Of a DNA stretch of 32,000 nt, positions 27,031 to 32,000 are shown piece by piece. Position 1 is the first letter of the stretch. Each line of letters opens with the position of its first letter. Source of the DNA: Dickeya dadantii NCPPB 898 (GTDB lineage Bacteria; Pseudomonadota; Gammaproteobacteria; Enterobacterales; Enterobacteriaceae); contig NZ_CM001976.1 of NCBI RefSeq assembly GCF_000406145.1, positions 1,267,263-1,299,262 of the forward strand, in the 5' to 3' direction. The position numbers and the translations under genes were made by a program. The notes below the pieces were generated by a model. The model did not search any database. It saw only the letters and a list, made by a program, of their open reading frames with translations, and was not told where the DNA came from.

Positions 27031-27155
27031 ATACCCTAAATAATTCGAGTTGCAGGAAGGCGGCGACGCAGCGAATCCCCAGGAGCTTACTTAAGTAAGT
27101 GACTGGGGTGAGCGAGGAAAGCCAACGCACATGCAACTTGAAGTATGACGGGTAT
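27031..27155. repeat. ERIC (enterobacterial repetitive intergenic consensus / IRU) element, full length
   Basis: Contains the canonical core GCGAATCCCCAGGAGCTTACTTAAGTAAGTGACTGGGGTGAGCG. This includes the sequences targeted by the ERIC1R/ERIC2 primers. It is flanked by the outer inverted arms ATACCC...TTCGAGTTGCAGGAAGGCGGC / GCCAACGCACATGCAACTTGAAGTATGACGGGTAT. Confidence 0.9.
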
Positions 27156-27185
27156 AAGGGTCGGGTTCTCCGGCCCTTCTTCATT
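27156..27185 (+). terminator. Putative terminator for dapA-bamC immediately after the ERIC element
   Basis: AAGGGTCGG-gttct-CCGGCCCTT (9-bp stem with one G-U pair) followed by CTTCATTT. Confidence 0.45.
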
Positions 27186-27269
27186 TGGTCATCAACGTGA
27201 TGGATTTATCAACACGTTCAATTAACGGGCCCGGTGCGGATGGCCCTTACTTGTGTGGAGTAATGAAAG

Positions 27270-27983
27270 ATGCAAAAGCTAGCTGAGTTGTATCGCGGAA
27301 AAGCGAAAACGGTCTACACCACGGAAGATCCGGATCTGCTGGTGCTGGAGTTCCGCAATGATACGTCAGCAGGGGATGGTGCTCGCATTGAGCAGTTTGA
27401 TCGTAAAGGGATGGTGAACAACAAGTTCAACCACTTCATCATGACCAAGCTGGAAGAGGCCGGGATCCCGACCCAGATGGTGAGCCTGCTGTCTGACACC
27501 GAAGTGCTGGTGAAGAAGCTGGAGATGGTGCCGGTCGAGTGCGTGGTGCGTAACCGTGCGGCAGGTTCGCTGGTTAAACGTCTGGGCATCACGGAAGGTG
27601 AAATCCTCAATCCGCCGTTGTTCGATTTGTTCCTGAAAAACGACGCCATGCACGATCCGATGGTGAATGAGTCCTACTGCAAGACCTTCGGTTGGGTAAA
27701 CGAAGAGAATCTGGCACGGATGAAAGAACTCAGCTACAAAGCCAATGAAGTGCTGAGCAAGCTGTTTGGCGACGCCGGTCTGATTCTGGTGGACTTCAAG
27801 CTGGAGTTCGGCCTGTTCAAGGGCGAAGTGGTGCTGGGTGATGAGTTCTCGCCGGATGGCAGCCGTCTGTGGGATAAAGAAACCCTCAACAAGATGGATA
27901 AAGACCGTTTCCGTCAGAGCCTGGGCGGCCTGATTGAAGCCTACGAGGAAGTCGCACACCGTTTGGGCGTTAAGCTGGACTAA
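27270..27983 (+). CDS. purC: Phosphoribosylaminoimidazole-succinocarboxamide (SAICAR) synthase
   Basis: 237 aa, the same length as E. coli PurC and near-identical to it ([48 protein letters not shown]...). Confidence 0.95.
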   Translation: MQKLAELYRGKAKTVYTTEDPDLLVLEFRNDTSAGDGARIEQFDRKGMVNNKFNHFIMTKLEEAGIPTQMVSLLSDTEVLVKKLEMVPVECVVRNRAAGSLVKRLGITEGEILNPPLFDLFLKNDAMHDPMVNESYCKTFGWVNEENLARMKELSYKANEVLSKLFGDAGLILVDFKLEFGLFKGEVVLGDEFSPDGSRLWDKETLNKMDKDRFRQSLGGLIEAYEEVAHRLGVKLD

Positions 27984-27999
27984 CAGCGCAATCGTTTAC

Positions 28000-28036
28000 G
28001 TTCTGGCAGGCGGCCGTTGTTTCCGGTTGCCAGAAC
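28000..28036 (+). terminator. Hairpin after purC (putative terminator, no U-tract)
   Basis: GTTCTGGCA-19 nt-TGCCAGAAC, a perfect 9-bp stem 17 nt after the purC stop. No T-run follows. Confidence 0.4.
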
Positions 28037-28186
28037 GAGCCTGTGTTCTGATGACGTCAGGCCACGCATTTCCCCCGCATCCGTCAGCGGCCTCTCCCCG
28101 GTTGGCCACAGTCTTTATGCTGTCGCTGTTCAATGAGTGTTATTATCTCCCGCCTACGTATTGACTGATTCCGGCAAGGATGTTTC

Positions 28187-28639
28187 ATGGCCTTTTTTGA
28201 CCCGACTCTGCTTATTTTACTGGCGCTGGCCGCTCTCGGCATTATCAGCCAGAACATGACCGTTACGCTGGCTATTCTGTTTCTGGTCGTGGTGCGCATT
28301 ACGCCGCTGAATCACTATTTTCCGTGGGTGGAAAAATATGGCCTGTCGTTCGGGGTGCTGGTGCTGACCATCGGGGTGATGGCGCCGATTGCCAGCGGTA
28401 AGATTTCCGCCAGCGACGTGTTCTACTCTTTTTTGCACTGGAAGTCGCTGCTGGCCGTGGCGATCGGCGTGGCCGTATCCTGGCTGGGTGGGCGAGGGGT
28501 GACGCTGATGAGCAACCAGCCGTCGGTGGTGGCCGGCCTGTTGGTCGGTACCGTGATGGGTGTGGCGTTATTTCGCGGCGTGCCGGTAGGGCCGTTGATT
28601 GCGGCGGGGTTGCTGTCGCTGTTGGTCGGTAAAGGCTAA
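28187..28639 (+). CDS. UPF0756/DUF441 inner-membrane protein (YeaL-like)
   Basis: 150 aa with four hydrophobic segments. Strong similarity to E. coli YeaL as I recall it ([76 protein letters not shown]). AAGGA SD upstream. Confidence 0.8.
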   Translation: MAFFDPTLLILLALAALGIISQNMTVTLAILFLVVVRITPLNHYFPWVEKYGLSFGVLVLTIGVMAPIASGKISASDVFYSFLHWKSLLAVAIGVAVSWLGGRGVTLMSNQPSVVAGLLVGTVMGVALFRGVPVGPLIAAGLLSLLVGKG

Positions 28640-28658
28640 GTTTTCTGCGGGGCGTGTC

Positions 28659-30680
28659 GTGGAGTCTTTTGTTGTCAGTCAGCAGTACCAGCAGCGTTAC
28701 GGCATTCGCCGCCTATTGGTACTGAGCGGCCGGTCTGATTGGTGTTGCACTCAGGCGCGGCGTCTGAGCGCTTTGTTGCCCGGCGACTGGCTGTGGGTCA
28801 GCGCGTCAGCGCCTGAGGAGGTTACGGCGATACCGCCCCGCAACGTGCGCGGCGTGCTGGGCAGGGAGTTTCTGCACGCGGTGTTTGATGCCCGCGACGG
28901 TCTGGATGCGGAAGCGCTGGCGATGCTGGCTGGCGCGCTCAGGGCCGGTAGCTGGCTACTGCTGTTGGTTCCGGAGTGGGATCGCTGGCCCGATTGTCCG
29001 GATACGGACAGCCTGCGCTGGAGCGAACAATCGGAGCCGATTGCCACCCCCCGATTTATCCGGCACGTGCAGCATCAGCTGTTGAGCGATGACGAGGTTG
29101 TCCTGTGGCGCCAGCAGGACGCCGAGCCGGTGATAGCGCTTCCCCATCGACGTTCGGACTGGCAGCCCGCCACCGGCGAAGCAACCCCCTGTCAGCAGGC
29201 TATTTTGCAGCAATTGCTGCACACTTCCTGTGCGGTGTCGGTGATTACCGCGCCGCGTGGTCGCGGCAAGTCGACGCTGGCCGGCATGTTGGCGCGTCAG
29301 TGTCAGGGCGCCTGCTGGGTGAGCGCGCCATCACGCGACGCCAGCGAAATCCTGCTGCGTCAGGCCGGGAACGTGGCAACGTTCTGGGCGCCGGACGCAC
29401 TGTTGGCGTTCTGCCGGCAGCATGGCGCACCGCCGGTTGAATGGCTATTAATCGATGAGGCGGCGGCGATTCCGGCTCCGGTACTGCAGGCGCTGTTGCC
29501 GTTTTTCCGCCGGGTAGTAATGACGACCACGGTACAAGGATATGAAGGGACGGGGCGCGGTTTTCTACTGAAATTTTGTGCGTCGCTGCCGGACTGGCAG
29601 TCTATTGAACTGACGGCGCCGCTGCGCTGGGCAGAGCAGGACCCGCTGGAGAATATCGTCGATCGGATGATGCTGTTTGACGCCGAAAAACAGGTGCCGG
29701 AACGGCTGCCGGGGTCACCGGCGATTCGGCTGGAACGGCGCGACGACTGGCTGAGTCAGCCTGAACGCCTTGCCGGATGCTATGGGTTGTTATGCAGCGC
29801 CCATTATCGCACCTCGCCGCTGGATTTACGCCGTCTGCTGGATGCGCCCGGCATGCATATCGCCAGCGCCTGTGTCGAAGAGCAGGTTGGCGGCGTTATC
29901 TGGCTGGTGGATGAAGGCGGGCTGCCGCAAACACTGGCGCGGGACGTCTGGGCCGGGCGACGTCGGCCGCGAGGAAATCTGGTGGCGCAGTCGCTGGCGG
30001 CGCACGGCAACCAGTGGCAGGCACCGGTATTGTGGTCACGACGCATCAGCCGCATTGCGGTACTGGCGGCGCAGCGTGGTCAAGGGATCGGGCAGACGCT
30101 GGTTCGGGAACAACAGCAACGGGCGCAACAGGAACAGCTGGATTTTCTGTCGGTCAGCTTTGGTTTCCAGCCGGCGTTGTGGCGGTTCTGGCAGCGTTGC
30201 GGGTTTCAACTGGTGCGTATCGGTAGCCATATCGACGCCAGCAGCGGGTGTTACAGCGCGATGGCGTTGCTTCCTCTCAGCGAAGCGGGTAGCGCGCTGA
30301 CGGCGTCAGCACACCATGAACTACTGCGGGACTGGTTCTGGCTGCGGCGTGATATCCCACTGGCGCTGAATTTGCCGCTGGTGGAGGATCAGACGCTTAC
30401 GACGGAGGACTGGCGTAATCTGATTGGGTTTGCCAGAGCTCACCGTCCACCAGAAGCCTGCCAGGGAGCGCTGTCACGCCTGATGATACGTTCGCCGATG
30501 GCATTAACCGCCTTGAGGCTATGGCTTGAGCAAGGGCGGAGCGTGGCGGAGTGCGTTCATCTGCTTCAACTGGCGGGCAGAAAGGCGCTGATTCAGCGCT
30601 GGCGGGCGGAAACAGCTCAGGCGCTGCGCCAACTGGACGAAGCCGAATGGCAGCGCTGGCATGATATTGTTTTATATTGA
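28659..30680 (+). CDS. tmcA: tRNA(Met) cytidine acetyltransferase (ac4C34 synthase)
   Basis: The ORF track starts at TTG 28599, inside the upstream gene. GTG 28659 (GGGG 6 nt upstream) gives 673 aa versus 671 aa in E. coli TmcA. Conserved blocks include GIRRLLVLSG, LPGDWLW, helicase-like P-loop ARGRGKS, TTTVQGYEGTGRGFLLKF, SAHYRTSPLDLRR, RRPRGNLVAQSLAAHG and the GNAT block ELWRFWQRCGF.LVR.G. Confidence 0.88.
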   Translation: MESFVVSQQYQQRYGIRRLLVLSGRSDWCCTQARRLSALLPGDWLWVSASAPEEVTAIPPRNVRGVLGREFLHAVFDARDGLDAEALAMLAGALRAGSWLLLLVPEWDRWPDCPDTDSLRWSEQSEPIATPRFIRHVQHQLLSDDEVVLWRQQDAEPVIALPHRRSDWQPATGEATPCQQAILQQLLHTSCAVSVITAPRGRGKSTLAGMLARQCQGACWVSAPSRDASEILLRQAGNVATFWAPDALLAFCRQHGAPPVEWLLIDEAAAIPAPVLQALLPFFRRVVMTTTVQGYEGTGRGFLLKFCASLPDWQSIELTAPLRWAEQDPLENIVDRMMLFDAEKQVPERLPGSPAIRLERRDDWLSQPERLAGCYGLLCSAHYRTSPLDLRRLLDAPGMHIASACVEEQVGGVIWLVDEGGLPQTLARDVWAGRRRPRGNLVAQSLAAHGNQWQAPVLWSRRISRIAVLAAQRGQGIGQTLVREQQQRAQQEQLDFLSVSFGFQPALWRFWQRCGFQLVRIGSHIDASSGCYSAMALLPLSEAGSALTASAHHELLRDWFWLRRDIPLALNLPLVEDQTLTTEDWRNLIGFARAHRPPEACQGALSRLMIRSPMALTALRLWLEQGRSVAECVHLLQLAGRKALIQRWRAETAQALRQLDEAEWQRWHDIVLY

Positions 30681-30964
30681 GAGTTTTTTGGTCGAGAATC
30701 GTTTTACAACGAGAATGCGTCATATCGAAAGAAGTGGTTTCCTTTTCCAAATTCATTTCAAGTGGTAGCGATCACAATTTTGCAACTTGCATGGCGATCC
30801 AGCCAGCCGGTTTCCTGCGTTCATATACACTGATCCTGATACAGGATAATGGAATGACTTGTTCAATAAACCTCAATATTGACCCGCTATCGAGGGGCGT
30901 ATAGTGACAACTGAAATTTTTTGAACAGACGGTTTCCCCTGAAGGTAACCGCAGGAGAGGCGAT

Positions 30965-31651
30965 ATGAAGCATGACTATTTTGTGGTGCAAAATCCACCT
31001 TCACCTAAGCAGTTGTTTTTGCTATTTCATGGCGTGGGCGACAATCCGGTTTCCATGGGGCAGATCGGCCGTTATTTTGCCGAGGCGTTCCCCATGGCGC
31101 AGGTTATCAGCATTGGCGGTCCGGAAGCGATTAGTCTGGGCGAAGGGCGCCAGTGGTTTTCGGTACAAGGCGTCACTGAGGAGAATCGCGTCCGTCGCGT
31201 GAACGCCATTATGCCGCGGTTTGTCGAAACCGTTCGTTACTGGCAGGAAACCACCGGAATCGATTATTCCCACACCGCACTGATCGGTTTCTCTCAAGGG
31301 TCGATTATGATCCTTGAGGCATTGAAAGCGGAGAAAAATCTGGCCGGGCGGGCTGTAGCGTTTAGTGGTCGCTTTGCCGCTTTGCCGGAGCAGCCGCTGC
31401 ATGATGTCGTCGTTCACCTGATTCATGGCGAGGAAGACCCGGTGATTACGGCGGATCACGCTCGTCAGGCCGCGCAGAGTCTGCGTGCCCAGGGATCGGA
31501 TTTCACGTTGGATCTGGTGCCGCAATTGGGGCATGCCATTGACGATCGCATGATGGATAACGCGCTGGATCGGCTGCATCATTACATCCCGAAACGCTTC
31601 TGGGATGAGGCTGTGATGGGCGCGCGCGGCGAACTGGTGGCATTTCGTTAA
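30965..31651 (+). CDS. ypfH: Alpha/beta-hydrolase esterase YpfH
   Basis: 228 aa. MKHD.FVVQ.P, LFHGVGDNPV.MG, GRQWFSVQG.TE.NR, the nucleophile elbow GFSQG and IHG.EDPVI match E. coli YpfH. GGAGAGG SD upstream. Confidence 0.88.
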   Translation: MKHDYFVVQNPPSPKQLFLLFHGVGDNPVSMGQIGRYFAEAFPMAQVISIGGPEAISLGEGRQWFSVQGVTEENRVRRVNAIMPRFVETVRYWQETTGIDYSHTALIGFSQGSIMILEALKAEKNLAGRAVAFSGRFAALPEQPLHDVVVHLIHGEEDPVITADHARQAAQSLRAQGSDFTLDLVPQLGHAIDDRMMDNALDRLHHYIPKRFWDEAVMGARGELVAFR

Positions 31652-31718
31652 CCGGCTGGCATTGCGCTAGCCGATTTAGTGCGTTTACCGTCGTCAGAGA
31701 AGGTCGCTATAACAAGAA

Positions 31719-31746
31719 GGCCGGGTCGCCATTGGGTGGCCCGGCC
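31719..31746. terminator. Hairpin between convergent ypfH and ypfN (likely bidirectional terminator)
   Basis: GGCCGGGTCGCC-attg-GGTGGCCCGGCC, a 12-bp stem including two G-U pairs. It is followed on the plus strand by TCATGGTTTTC. Confidence 0.6.
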
Positions 31747-31770
31747 TCATGGTTTTCAGCGTGTGCGGGG

Positions 31771-31959
31771 TCAGGGCTTTTTCTGCGGCCAGTCGTCTTC
31801 GTCGTCCCACTGCGCATTATTGTCGCGGTGCGGCGGCAACGGCGGTTTGTCATGCAGAAAACGTTTATGGTCAAGGCGGCTCAGTTCCTTGATGCCGTTG
31901 ATCAACATTCCCAGCAACACCAGCAGTATTACCCACCAGTAATCAGCCAGCCATCCCAT
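31771..31959 (-). CDS. ypfN: Small membrane protein, UPF0370 family (YpfN)
   Basis: 62 aa. M.WLA.YWW, one TM segment, then [25 protein letters not shown] as in E. coli YpfN. GAGGAA SD 6 nt upstream. Confidence 0.8.
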   Translation of the reverse strand: MGWLADYWWVILLVLLGMLINGIKELSRLDHKRFLHDKPPLPPHRDNNAQWDDEDDWPQKKP

Positions 31960-32000
31960 GGTTGTTCCTCATAATATAGATGTCCCATGTCAACGGGGTT

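Noticed and set aside
27185-27320. Possible PurR box upstream of or within the 5' end of purC (ATCAACACGTTCAATT at about 27208-27223; GCGAAAACGGTCTACA at about 27303-27318)
   Set aside because: By hand alignment both match the 16-bp pur-box consensus at only about 8/16 positions, with one half-site essentially absent. That is not enough to call.
30677-30904. 75-aa ORF (TTG start overlapping the tmcA stop) and 119-aa minus-strand ORF 30397..30756 in or near the tmcA-ypfH spacer
   Set aside because: No SD and no recognisable domain. The first has a non-ATG start embedded in the tmcA stop, and the second mostly overlaps tmcA antisense. AT-rich spacers give chance ORFs.
31960-32000. Possible 3' end of a minus-strand gene upstream of ypfN (dapE expected by E. 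coli synteny), or a plus-strand ATG at 31980 or 31987
   Set aside because: Only ~40 nt are visible. One minus-strand frame shows a TGA at 31993-31991, but three codons cannot support a call.
1-32000. Whole-window scan for CRISPR arrays, tRNA/rRNA genes, IS elements or transposases, integrases, prophage genes, toxin-antitoxin pairs and defence-system hallmarks
   Set aside because: None found. There are no regularly spaced direct repeats with spacers and no cloverleaf-like sequences. Every sizeable ORF not assigned to a housekeeping homolog is an antisense shadow ORF. The window does not support a claim of a novel defence or mobile system.

Overview
This window reads as a core chromosomal segment of a high-GC Enterobacterales genome. 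Protein similarity, GC content and an ERIC element suggest a Dickeya/Pectobacteriaceae-like organism, but that is inference only. I can support 30 protein-coding genes, almost all recognisable housekeeping genes: cnoX(ybbN)-ybbO-tesA / ybbA-ybbP, speG, mglBAC-galS, purMN, upp-uraA, hda, yfgD, bepA, bcp-gcvR, dapA-bamC, purC, a yeaL-like gene, tmcA, ypfH and ypfN. Several ORF-track starts needed trimming to homolog-consistent starts. Clear regulatory sites are visible: CRP site plus Gal operator cassettes at mglB and galS, a PurR box at purM, the upp T-tract promoter, a Fur-like box and many intrinsic terminators. One complete ERIC repeat is also present. I found no tRNA or rRNA genes, CRISPR arrays, transposases, integrases, phage genes or recognisable defence or toxin genes, so I cannot honestly claim a novel multi-gene system. 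The least ordinary part is a ~5.5 kb accessory block (about 6090-11626) on the minus strand. It carries two incomplete importers: a Fur-box-fronted periplasmic binding protein gene overlapping a TonB-dependent receptor gene by 8 nt, and an amino-acid-type binding protein plus permease pair. No ABC ATPase gene accompanies either one. Other points worth a second look are an unusually long mglB leader closed by a long-range inverted repeat, repeat arrays upstream of speG and in the mglB-mglA spacer, a strong terminator between upp and uraA, and an AT-rich tmcA-ypfH spacer with a perfect 15-bp palindrome.
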